Shown here: piece after piece, positions 45,400 through 54,742 of the stretch
How the letters are laid out: each line of letters opens with the position of its first letter
Numbering within the stretch: the stretch's first letter is position 1
DNA from: a virus
Lineage: Duplodnaviria > Caudoviricetes
Length of the DNA: 64,000 nucleotides
IMG/VR virus record: IMGVR_UViG_3300036971_000130
Reading direction: 5' to 3' (one strand)
Notes under the pieces: model-generated
Seen by the model: only the letters and a program-made list of their open reading frames with translations
What the model was told of the DNA's origin: nothing
Database searches by the model: none
Program-made: the position numbers and the translations under genes

Positions 45400-48300
45400 A
45401 TGACGGAAGACCTTCTCTTTTCAGACGCTTGGCCGAACGACCTCTCGATCGGCCATCGGAAGTACCTGGCTGACCGAGGTGTCAGCCCGCAGGTTGCCAA
45501 GGCTCGTGGGTACACGACCGCAACCACCCAATCAGCCCTGACCACCTTCGAGTTCGGCAAGGGTTCCAACCCGGTCAAGGCGATCAGGGCGGGGAACTCG
45601 GCCATGGTCATCCCGCTGTACCACTCGGATTCGACCATCCCGTCGATCTACCAGGCCCGTCTCGACACCCCGAGGAACGAGCGAGGCAAGCCCGTCAAGT
45701 TCGAGGCTCCCGCTGGCCGTCGTCGAGGCACCGAGCCGGGTGATCTTCCCTCCGACGTGAACCCTCTCGCTCACGAGTGGGCTCTTGACTCCGAGGTTCC
45801 GCTGTTCATCACCGAGGGCATCCCGAAGGGCGATGCGGTCCTCACTGCTGCTCTCCGTGAAGGCATCGAGATCGTCCCGGTCTCGATGACCGGCGTGACG
45901 ATGGGGTTCGAGACCAAGCGTGATCAGGACGATGTCGTGGTCTCCCGTGAGATCACCGACTCCCTCTACGCTCTCACCCAGGGCCGTGAGGTCGTCTACC
46001 TCTGCTGGGACTCCGACTGGGCGACGAAGCCCGCTGTCCGTGACGCCCTCATCAAGACCGGCAAGATCCTCTCCAAGATGGTCGACCGTGTCATCTACCT
46101 GAACATCCCGCCGCTCGAAGGTGCGAACAAGACCGGCGTCGACGACTGGCTCGTCAAGGACGGCTCCACCCTCCGGTTCCTGCTCGACGAATGCCAGATG
46201 GAGTCCCCGGACGCCAAGCCGAAGGCGGACGAAGGCGAAGCTTCCAGCGACGACGACTACGACGCCTCGTCCTCCCAGGTCATGTCGATCGAGGGGTTCG
46301 ACCTCCCGATCGTGAACATCGACCCTGACCGTCTGGTCATGTGGACGTGGGAGAACAAGAAGGAGCCCGGCCAGGTCAAGGCGACCGCAACCACGAAGAT
46401 GGTGGTCCTCGGCGCTGTTCCCACGATCACGCAGATCATCTCCACCCGCCGGATCAACGATCACCTGATGGAGACGGTCGAGGACTCCTACGTCATCACC
46501 GTCGAGTGGATCGACCAGAGGACCGGCCGTCGTCGGTCCCAGGACATCGACCTGCTGGCGTCCGAGCTTCCGATGCTCGACAAGTGGCTGACCACGGTCG
46601 GCGCTCTCGCCACCATCGTGAAGCCGACGACCACCGTGAACCAGCGGTTGGTCGCCAACACGATCTCGGCCCACTCGGGCATGAGCGAGATCGAGACCTC
46701 GGTGACGACCTGCACGACCGGTTGGTACCTGAACCGTTCGGAGGCCCCGTACGGTTGGCGCTACGTCCACTCGGACGGCTGGGTCGGCTCCATCCTCAAC
46801 GACGAAGGCCAGCGGATCACCAACGAGGGTGACTCCGTTGTCGTGCGGACCGAGTCCAACGCCCAGTACGCATCGCTGAGGCTCGACAAGGGCCAGCCGG
46901 ATGCCGCCGATTTCAACGAGTGGATCGACCGTTGGGTCATGGGCGACGAGATCAACGTCCAGTTGCGTGACGAACGTCAGAAGGAACTCATCCTCGACGG
47001 CGACAAGAAGGCAGCGGACGTGCTGTCTCGGCGTCTCTCCTTCGGAGCGATGATCGTCGCCCGCTCCATCATCCCTGGCGACCCGGCCAAGGGCACCCCG
47101 ATGTTCGTCGGCGTTCCCGGCGCAGGCAAGACCCTCATGGCCCGGATCATCACCTCGTCCTTCGGCGCTGCCTACGGCACCAAGGTCTACGCATCGCTCG
47201 GCTCGACCGCTGCGGGTGTCGAGGTCCAGGTCGCTGACGCTCGGAACATGACCGTCCTGCTGGACGACTACCGTGTCGCCGGTTCGCCTGCTGCTCAGGA
47301 GAAGATGGACCAGATCGTCGACCGCATGGCTCGTGGAGCCTACGACGGCGCTCAGGTCTCCCGTTCGACCCGTGACCTGAAGGCGATGGCTGCTCCGAAG
47401 GTCGCCGGAACCGTCATCCTCACCGGTGAGGGTCTGCCGATGTCGTCGAACTCGTCGAACTCGACGATCCAGCGTCTTCTCGTCATGGACGTGCTACCGG
47501 CCACCTCGCCGGTCTTCGACATGATGGACCGCCTCTGCATGGAGCCGGACCTTCAGCGTTCCGCCACCGCTTGGATGATCGGCCAGTTGGCGATCATGCT
47601 CGACGACGAGACCAAGGCGATGGAAGACGCTGCGACGGCTGACGGCGAGGCGAACGTCGATCGGTTCGTGACCCCGAACAAGGTCACCCGGTCCTTCGTC
47701 GAACGGCTCAACGAGATCACCGACGAGATCGACAAGGGCACGTTCAGCCGTGTCCAGATGTCTCCGACGGAGACCCCGAACGACCGCTCCCGGATCGCCA
47801 TGCGTGACATGCTCGTCGGTGGCGCTCTGATCGTGATGCTGGCCGAGAAGTCCGGCTGGATCAAGAAGCCCCGTGACCACGTCCGTCTTGTGAAGCGGAT
47901 GTGTGATGTCGCTTCTGAGGTTCTCGCTCAGACCGCTCGACGTGTCGCTGAGACCTCCCCGGAGCGTCAGATCATCGGCCTCATCCTCTCGTCCATCGGT
48001 TCCTCGGCTTACCTGGCAACGCCGGGTGGCGAGTTCCCGACGAACCCGGAGGCCGCTGTCTCGTGGGGTTGGTCCAAGGACGAGGACCGCTGGATGAAGC
48101 GTGGCGACCGCATCGGTTACGTCACGGACTACAAGGGCGAGATCGTCCTGGCGCTGGACCCGACGCTGGTCGGACGAGCGATCAGGAGCCTCTCGGACGC
48201 CTCATTCAATGTCAAGACGATCCCCGCCATGTTGGCGGCGGGAAGGGATGAGGACGGAAAGTCGTTGCTTGTCAGCGGCACTCCGGAGAACCCGTTGACG

Positions 48301-48408
48301 AGGATCACCGTCAACAACCATGGCCGTGAACTGATCCTGGTTCGGCCCGAAGTCCTCGGTGTTAAGGTCACCGAGACTGCGATGAGCAAGGAAGGACAGG
48401 ACTACTGA
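45400..48408 (+). CDS. Primase-helicase: DUF3854-like TOPRIM domain plus C-terminal AAA+/SF3-like (DUF927/Cch-like) ATPase
   Basis: HRKYL..RGV....ARGY, FITEG..KGDA, VYLCWDSD, KTGVDDWL; Walker A GVPGAGKT, Walker B VLLDD, ILTGE, QRLL. Confidence 0.85.
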   Translation: MTEDLLFSDAWPNDLSIGHRKYLADRGVSPQVAKARGYTTATTQSALTTFEFGKGSNPVKAIRAGNSAMVIPLYHSDSTIPSIYQARLDTPRNERGKPVKFEAPAGRRRGTEPGDLPSDVNPLAHEWALDSEVPLFITEGIPKGDAVLTAALREGIEIVPVSMTGVTMGFETKRDQDDVVVSREITDSLYALTQGREVVYLCWDSDWATKPAVRDALIKTGKILSKMVDRVIYLNIPPLEGANKTGVDDWLVKDGSTLRFLLDECQMESPDAKPKADEGEASSDDDYDASSSQVMSIEGFDLPIVNIDPDRLVMWTWENKKEPGQVKATATTKMVVLGAVPTITQIISTRRINDHLMETVEDSYVITVEWIDQRTGRRRSQDIDLLASELPMLDKWLTTVGALATIVKPTTTVNQRLVANTISAHSGMSEIETSVTTCTTGWYLNRSEAPYGWRYVHSDGWVGSILNDEGQRITNEGDSVVVRTESNAQYASLRLDKGQPDAADFNEWIDRWVMGDEINVQLRDERQKELILDGDKKAADVLSRRLSFGAMIVARSIIPGDPAKGTPMFVGVPGAGKTLMARIITSSFGAAYGTKVYASLGSTAAGVEVQVADARNMTVLLDDYRVAGSPAAQEKMDQIVDRMARGAYDGAQVSRSTRDLKAMAAPKVAGTVILTGEGLPMSSNSSNSTIQRLLVMDVLPATSPVFDMMDRLCMEPDLQRSATAWMIGQLAIMLDDETKAMEDAATADGEANVDRFVTPNKVTRSFVERLNEITDEIDKGTFSRVQMSPTETPNDRSRIAMRDMLVGGALIVMLAEKSGWIKKPRDHVRLVKRMCDVASEVLAQTARRVAETSPERQIIGLILSSIGSSAYLATPGGEFPTNPEAAVSWGWSKDEDRWMKRGDRIGYVTDYKGEIVLALDPTLVGRAIRSLSDASFNVKTIPAMLAAGRDEDGKSLLVSGTPENPLTRITVNNHGRELILVRPEVLGVKVTETAMSKEGQDY

Positions 48409-49646
48409 TGGCGAAAGACAAGAAGCGGTTCCCGCCGCAGGACACGATGTTCGGGGAGGACGTGACCTACGCTCCCCGTGATACGTCTCCGAAGGTCAAG
48501 ATGCACTGGGTCGCCAAGTTCGCTCGGGTCGGCATCGTCTTCGTGCTGATCACCGCCCCGCTCGTCATGTTCGCTGGCTTCATCTCGTTCGCCAAGGGGA
48601 ACCCCGAGATCCCGCCTGCTCTCGCCACCTCGCCCGGCCGTGTGGCCGCTGAGGACGCTCTGCTCTCCTGGCTCGATCGTGACCCTTCGCCGCTCCCGAA
48701 CGCTCAGGTGATCGCCTGGGAGGGCTACCGTGACATCTCGTCAGAGGTCATGGAGCCGAACTCGGACAACCCGTACACGGTGACCTACGAGGCCAACGAC
48801 TTCGTGGTCGGTGTACCGGCCGTCACGAACGCCGAACAGTCGACCACCACCGAGAAGGCCGACACCGACGCCGAGAAGGCCATCCGTGACGCCCTCCCGA
48901 CGTGGAAGGCCACGTACCGGGCGACCGTCGTCGTTGCCGTGGACAGCCGTGGTGGCGGAGTCGTCGTGACCACCCCGTCTCTCGTGCCGATCGCTGAGCC
49001 CCCGGCGAACCTCTCCCCGGTCGACATCGTGACGCCGAAGGGCTGGTCCTCCGCTGTCACCAACGAGAACATCAAGAAGTCCATCCAGCGTTGGGCTGAC
49101 GCCTACGCATCCGGCGACGCCGAGGAACTTCGTCTGGCTGTCGGTGACGGCAGCGAGACCAACACCTACACGCCGATGACCGGGCTCACGTCGCTGACCG
49201 CCGATGTCGGCAACGCCATCTCGAACGACAACGGCAAGAGCATGGTCGTCCGGGTCGAACTGGCACCCCTATGGGACGGCCAGAAGGCGACCGACGAGGA
49301 TGCTCCTGCTACCTTCTCGATGGATGTGCTTGTAGCTCAGGCCAACACCGGTGCTCCTGTGGTGGTAGCCTGGGGTCCCGCTGGTGAGGGAACGTCCCTC
49401 GTCAAGTTCGGGAACGCTCTGCCCGGACCTCGTGCTGACATCACCACGACGGCCGAGGACACCACCCCGGACTCCACCACCACAACTGCCGCCGACGACT
49501 CCGAAGACGAGAAGTCCTCGAAGTCCACCACCACCACGACAGCGGCCGATGACATCGAGCAGGAGTCGCCTCCCGAAGATGTCACCACCACCACGAAGGT
49601 AGCGCCGACGACCACGGCAGCACCGACAACCACCGGAGGAACCTGA
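48408..49646 (+). CDS. TcpC/VirB8-like conjugation protein
   Basis: Single TM helix, two extracellular alpha/beta domains (IQRWADAYASGD..L), Thr-rich tail; coupled to virB4. Confidence 0.65.
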   Translation: MAKDKKRFPPQDTMFGEDVTYAPRDTSPKVKMHWVAKFARVGIVFVLITAPLVMFAGFISFAKGNPEIPPALATSPGRVAAEDALLSWLDRDPSPLPNAQVIAWEGYRDISSEVMEPNSDNPYTVTYEANDFVVGVPAVTNAEQSTTTEKADTDAEKAIRDALPTWKATYRATVVVAVDSRGGGVVVTTPSLVPIAEPPANLSPVDIVTPKGWSSAVTNENIKKSIQRWADAYASGDAEELRLAVGDGSETNTYTPMTGLTSLTADVGNAISNDNGKSMVVRVELAPLWDGQKATDEDAPATFSMDVLVAQANTGAPVVVAWGPAGEGTSLVKFGNALPGPRADITTTAEDTTPDSTTTTAADDSEDEKSSKSTTTTTAADDIEQESPPEDVTTTTKVAPTTTAAPTTTGGT

Positions 49647-52600
49647 TGGCGAAGCCCAAGGCGATGAGGTCGCCCGACGTTGCCCCGTCCTACCCGACCG
49701 CTGTTCGCATGCGCTTCACGGGAGGACGAGTCCAGAACACCCAGGGAGCCATGTGGGCGTACTTCACCATGCCGCTCACCCCGGTGTGGGACGCTTCCAG
49801 CGATGCCGAGCGCATCAACGGTGCCACTCCGATGATGGAGGCGCTCAAATCCCTCTCGGAGATGACCAACACGTCCGTGAAGCGACGTGCAGCAGCGAAG
49901 TCGAACTACCGAGAGTTCCACGCTCTCCTGGTCGACGTTCCGGTCTTCTACCAGCCCGATCCGGACAACGCCATCGCCCCGCACCTGAAGCGTGAGTACG
50001 GCCGCATGGAGGTCCAGAAGCGGGTCTGCGTCTTCGGTGTCAGGCTCATCGACTCGATGACCAGCGGAGACGGCGGGATCAAGGACCAGTTGTCCTCCGC
50101 CTTCTCGACCGTGAGTTCCGTCATCATCGACGGCACCCTCCCGCTCTCCGCCTTCGATGCCGACTACAAGAAGGTCAGCGGAGCGATGGCGAGGGCCGGT
50201 CTCTCCCAGGCAACGAACCAGGAACTCGACTTCGTCGACTCCTGGTGGGATCGCTACCACCGATCCGATGCTCCGACGTTGGAGCACCCGGACCACATCC
50301 ACGTCTTCGCCAACTCGGAGGAAGCTCGACGGGCAGCCTCCGACTTCGATTCGGACTGCACGCACCCGGAGTGGGACACCCTCGACGAGAGCCAGATCAC
50401 GTTCCTGTCGGTGGCCGACATCGGCCTGGCGGACTCCGTCGATTCGATCTCAACCACAGCCATGTGGGTCTGTGGTCTCATGCAGGGTGGCAACGCTTCT
50501 GCCGTGTCCTTCCGAGGCAAGATCGAACCGTCGGTGGTCACCCGACAGGAGCTTCGCCGGAAGGCTCGTGCTGTCCGAAGCGACATCAACGATGCAGCGG
50601 CAGCGAACAAGGCCCAGCGTGCCGAGCAGGACGAGATCCTCGGGAGCCTCGAATCCTACGAAGCTCACTTCTCGGACCGCAACTCCGAACCGGTCATCAT
50701 GGACATGTCGATCGTCGTCGCAGCGTCCGGCAAGGTCAACGACCCGTCCGGGTACTCGCAGTCGGTCGGGGTCGAATGCCTGACCATGTCGTACAAGCAG
50801 ATGCCCGCTCTGACCGAGTCCTGGATCGCCAGCCCACTTCGGGCGAACCCGAAGCTCCACGACATGCCGATCCAGACGCTCTCCTACTCGGGCATCGCCA
50901 ACATCTCCCGTGTGGGTGACCGCACCGGTGCTCTGCTCGGGATGACCGAGAACGACCGCCAGCCTGCCTACGTGATGCCGTCGGCAGCCTCGAAGCTCGA
51001 CTCGGAACCGCTGTTCGTCGTTCCTGGAACCACCGGCTCCGGCAAGCTTCTGACGCTCGACACCCCGGTCATCACCCCGAACGGGAAGGTCCCCATCGGG
51101 GAACTGAAGCTCGGTGACGAGGTCTTCACCCGCCGGGGGACGGTCACCACCGTGAGCTACCTGTCTCCGATCGACGAGACTCCGGATCTCCACCGGATCG
51201 AACTGAGCGACAACCAGAAGATCAAGGCGGACAAGAACCACCAGTGGGTCGTGGTCGATCTCGAAAGCAAGACCGGCGGCGCTGCCATCCTCCGCTCGAC
51301 GCACGAGGCTCGAACGGCAGCTTTGACGAAGTTGGCAGAGTCCGCTCCGACGAACGCTTTCGGCTTCGACATCTCCATGGACTGGTTCCGGGAGAACTAC
51401 CCGAAGTTCGACGAACTCCCCTGGTCGACGGCCGATGAGTTCGAGCACATCCTCGACTTCATGGAGGTCGACGAGATCAGCCCGAAGTCTCTCGTGACCG
51501 CTGTCGCCGCCCGACTCGTCGACCGCTTCAGCGGAACGGTATCACTCGGGTATAACGAGCAGCGCATGACCACGAAGGAGATGGTCCTCGCCGGTCTCAT
51601 CGGCCGAGACGGCAAGAGCCGTTTCGCCATCGCACCGGCATCTGCTCTCCGAGTCGATGAGGTCGGGTTCTCCACCTCGATGCTCGAAGCTGGGCTCCTG
51701 ACCCGTCAGGGCAACACCGAACTGGTCAAGGAGATCGCAGCGAAGCTCGGCTCCCCGGATCAGCGCAAGGACTTCCTCAACGGGTGCTTCGGCTTCGTCG
51801 ATCGCACCCCGCTGTCCTTCCCGGCGGAGACGGCGAACCTGCTCATCGACATCATCCGTTCGGTGGGCTGGATCGCCAAGACCCGTCAGGACGACCGTGG
51901 CATCGAAATCGAGATCGACTCCGAGGTCTTCCTGAACATCCGATCGGCCACCCCGATCGAGTCCGAGCCGGGCATGTGCATCTCGGTCGCTGACGCCGAC
52001 TCCACCTACCTCTGCGCCGGGTACGTCCCGACCTCGAACACGATGGTGCTGCTCTCGCTCGCCGTCCAGTTCTCGATGGCCGGTCATGCCACGATCATCG
52101 TCGACCCGAAGCAGGACTCGGACCACAGCGCCATCGTGCTGTCGACGCCGAACGCCAAGGTCATCTCCCTCGACTCGATCATGCGTGACCCGGAATCGGA
52201 CGGCATCTTCGACCCCATCCGATTCTCGAAGGAGCCGGAGTTCGGACTCGAACTCGCTCACTCGATGCTCATGTACATCAACCCGTGGGGTCGGAACCGT
52301 GAGAACGTGGACGCCGAGATCGCTGATGCGCTCTCCTACGGCGTGTACGAACGAGGTGCCGTCTGCACGGGGCAGGCACTCCAACTGGCCGTGGAAGACG
52401 GCAAGCTGTCCAAGGCAACCTGGGAGCCTGTCACCCAACTGTTCCGGCAGCCGACCTTCGCAGCCTGCTGTGGACGGAACCCGAACATCAAGGGCCTCTC
52501 GGTGGCCGAGGGGATCACGCTGATCAAGGTCGGCAACCGATCTCTGGCACTCCCGCTGGGCAAGGCAGACTCCGAGATGTCCACCGGTGAGCGTTCGACG

Positions 52601-53302
52601 CTGACCATGATCCGGAACATGGTGTACGGCTCTGCCGTTGCGCTCTCAGGTCGAGCCAACACGGGCGTGGTCATGCTCGACGAGGCGTGGGTCTTCCTCG
52701 GCGCTGGTGCGTCCGAGGTCGAGAAGCTCGGTCGTCTCGCTCGTTCCCAGAACGTCCTCCCGATGCTGTTCACCCAGAAGATCACCGACGCCGTGAAGGC
52801 TGGTGTCGGTGCCTACATCTCCCGTGGCATCATCCTTCCGGTCAAGGACCGTGATGAAGCCGTCGCCTGCTGTGAACTGTTCGGTCTCGAACCCAGCATG
52901 GAACGGCTCAACCGGATCACCGCCAAGGCGTTCACCGGCGCATCGGACGAAGAAGGCAACGGCGCTCCGAATTGGAGGTCGATGCGCCACCTTCAGGACC
53001 CGGTCACCGGCAAGCACCTTCGTGGCACCATCGGGATCTACTGCGACCTGTTCGATCGCTCGGTCCCCGTCGAGATCATGCTCTCCGACCACTTCCTGAA
53101 CCTCGCATCGACCAACCCGGAAGACCAGGAGCGTCGGAAGCAGGAGCGCCTCGCCATCGAGGCCGGGGGGCGGGAGGCCGCTCTCGCCATCGCTCCGGAG
53201 TCCGAAGTTCATGTTCCGGTGGTTCAGGAGATCGAGTCTGAGCCCGCTGACCTGGACGTTCCCCAGGCGTTGGATGATCCGTTCGATGGTCTGCTAGGGT
53301 GA
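49646..53302 (+). CDS. virB4: VirB4-like conjugative ATPase containing an intein
   Basis: Walker A GTTGSGK|T split by the intein; IIVDPK, FDP, VMLDEAW.F, LGRLARSQN...FTQ. Confidence 0.85.
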   Translation: MAKPKAMRSPDVAPSYPTAVRMRFTGGRVQNTQGAMWAYFTMPLTPVWDASSDAERINGATPMMEALKSLSEMTNTSVKRRAAAKSNYREFHALLVDVPVFYQPDPDNAIAPHLKREYGRMEVQKRVCVFGVRLIDSMTSGDGGIKDQLSSAFSTVSSVIIDGTLPLSAFDADYKKVSGAMARAGLSQATNQELDFVDSWWDRYHRSDAPTLEHPDHIHVFANSEEARRAASDFDSDCTHPEWDTLDESQITFLSVADIGLADSVDSISTTAMWVCGLMQGGNASAVSFRGKIEPSVVTRQELRRKARAVRSDINDAAAANKAQRAEQDEILGSLESYEAHFSDRNSEPVIMDMSIVVAASGKVNDPSGYSQSVGVECLTMSYKQMPALTESWIASPLRANPKLHDMPIQTLSYSGIANISRVGDRTGALLGMTENDRQPAYVMPSAASKLDSEPLFVVPGTTGSGKLLTLDTPVITPNGKVPIGELKLGDEVFTRRGTVTTVSYLSPIDETPDLHRIELSDNQKIKADKNHQWVVVDLESKTGGAAILRSTHEARTAALTKLAESAPTNAFGFDISMDWFRENYPKFDELPWSTADEFEHILDFMEVDEISPKSLVTAVAARLVDRFSGTVSLGYNEQRMTTKEMVLAGLIGRDGKSRFAIAPASALRVDEVGFSTSMLEAGLLTRQGNTELVKEIAAKLGSPDQRKDFLNGCFGFVDRTPLSFPAETANLLIDIIRSVGWIAKTRQDDRGIEIEIDSEVFLNIRSATPIESEPGMCISVADADSTYLCAGYVPTSNTMVLLSLAVQFSMAGHATIIVDPKQDSDHSAIVLSTPNAKVISLDSIMRDPESDGIFDPIRFSKEPEFGLELAHSMLMYINPWGRNRENVDAEIADALSYGVYERGAVCTGQALQLAVEDGKLSKATWEPVTQLFRQPTFAACCGRNPNIKGLSVAEGITLIKVGNRSLALPLGKADSEMSTGERSTLTMIRNMVYGSAVALSGRANTGVVMLDEAWVFLGAGASEVEKLGRLARSQNVLPMLFTQKITDAVKAGVGAYISRGIILPVKDRDEAVACCELFGLEPSMERLNRITAKAFTGASDEEGNGAPNWRSMRHLQDPVTGKHLRGTIGIYCDLFDRSVPVEIMLSDHFLNLASTNPEDQERRKQERLAIEAGGREAALAIAPESEVHVPVVQEIESEPADLDVPQALDDPFDGLLG
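51047..52039 (+). mobile_element. Atypical (class 3-like) intein in VirB4 Walker A, 331 aa
   Basis: GK|LLTLDTPVITPNG; ADKNHQW (W); GMCISV (C); VPTSN|T (T). Confidence 0.88.
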
Positions 53303-54555
53303 CGCATCCAAGAATGCTGGCAGTAACCGAACCAACGCAGAAGACCAGGGGACTGGCGTCTGCCAAAACCCCCTCCCTGAAGCACCGGATGACGAAGATC
53401 ACCAAGAACGGGTCACAGGCCCATCGTGATGAAGTCGACCGGCAGGCACAGCAGATCGCCTCGGAGTTCTTCCGGGGTGAGATCACCGAAGCGCAAGCCC
53501 GTGATCTGATCTGCACGCTGGCGTTCTCGATCGACCTGGACTACCTGTTCATCCCGCTTCGCCGGTTCCTCGACAACCGGTTCCGGGATCGGGTGATGAA
53601 CGAGGCCAACGATGCGTTGATGGACTCGATCATCGTGAACCCGGAGAACCAGGCGAAGAACAAGCTGGATCTCGAACGCATCCTCCATGGTGATTCGCTC
53701 TCGGGCTGGTCTCGGATGGTGGTTGCGTCGCTGGTTCGGTACCGGGCCAGTGACGCCGAGTACCGTCGTCTCTCGAAGCGCAACGACCTGCTCTTGCGTT
53801 CGCCCTCGGATGGGTCGCCGTCGGTCACCGATCGGATGATCGTGACCGAGGACGCTGACGAACGAGCCACGATCGCCGTCGAGTTCCTGAGCACCATCCA
53901 CGGAGGCAACGAACTCGAACGAGGTGGGGTCATCGCTCGCTCGGTCTCCTGGTACCTGGACATCCCGTACCCGTGGCCGCAGACCTCTGACATCCGTCAC
54001 TGGGTGGCCTCTGAGGTCCACGGCCCGAGGGATTCGTCGAAGGCTGTGGCGGACGGCCTGAACAACCCATCGCACCCGCTCTACGACCTGTTCGCTGCTT
54101 GGACCGAGTCCGGCAAGGAAGCGATCGTCGAAGCTGATCAGAGGATCACCTTCGCCTGGGTCAAGTCCCTCGGGGTGGCAACCCCGTCCCCCGGCCGCAC
54201 CGTCCGTGACCACCTGGTCCAGACGATGCGATCGAACTCCCCCGACATCCCACACCGGGCTGTCACCCGTTTCTGCGACGCTCTCCGGACCGCCATGTCC
54301 GGCGTGCAGCGCACATCCCGACGGAACGTCAACGACATGCTCGTGAAGTCTGACGAGCAGATCATGGTCGACCGTGAAGCTCTCCGTGAGGCAGGGCATC
54401 ACCTGGCGACCTACGTGAACCCTGATGCAGCAAAGGATGGCCTGGTCTCTCAGACCGTCGTCCAGCAGATCATCAGGGAGAGCATCGGCATCATGCTGTC
54501 CTACGAGTACACCCGTGCAGCGTCCGCCGAGAACCGACGGAAGATGGTTTCGTGA
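53299..54555 (+). CDS. Hypothetical protein, possibly sigma-like DNA-binding regulator
   Basis: 418 aa (start may be ATG 53389); SLSGWSRMVV...ASDAEYRR weakly resembles sigma region 2.3-2.4. Confidence 0.55.
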   Translation: MTHPRMLAVTEPTQKTRGLASAKTPSLKHRMTKITKNGSQAHRDEVDRQAQQIASEFFRGEITEAQARDLICTLAFSIDLDYLFIPLRRFLDNRFRDRVMNEANDALMDSIIVNPENQAKNKLDLERILHGDSLSGWSRMVVASLVRYRASDAEYRRLSKRNDLLLRSPSDGSPSVTDRMIVTEDADERATIAVEFLSTIHGGNELERGGVIARSVSWYLDIPYPWPQTSDIRHWVASEVHGPRDSSKAVADGLNNPSHPLYDLFAAWTESGKEAIVEADQRITFAWVKSLGVATPSPGRTVRDHLVQTMRSNSPDIPHRAVTRFCDALRTAMSGVQRTSRRNVNDMLVKSDEQIMVDREALREAGHHLATYVNPDAAKDGLVSQTVVQQIIRESIGIMLSYEYTRAASAENRRKMVS

Positions 54556-54742
54556 CCGCCTGAGATGCGGTCACGTTCCGTTTTCTGGACATAGTTCCAG
54601 GTCTTTTCGACCATGGAACAGGGGTGGGCTTGTAGAGATACAAGTCACCTCCGCTTCGATGACAGAAGTTCGTCGCAGCCTCCGATAGTTCTACCACGCC
54701 ACCTGGATAGCCTTCAGCGGAAGGCAGCAGAAAGAGACTCCA

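Noticed and set aside
54560-54742. Cobalamin riboswitch or NrdR box upstream of nrdJ
   Set aside because: No B12-box consensus seen; the palindrome CTTGTA-GAGA-TACAAG does not match the NrdR consensus. An Infernal search would settle it.
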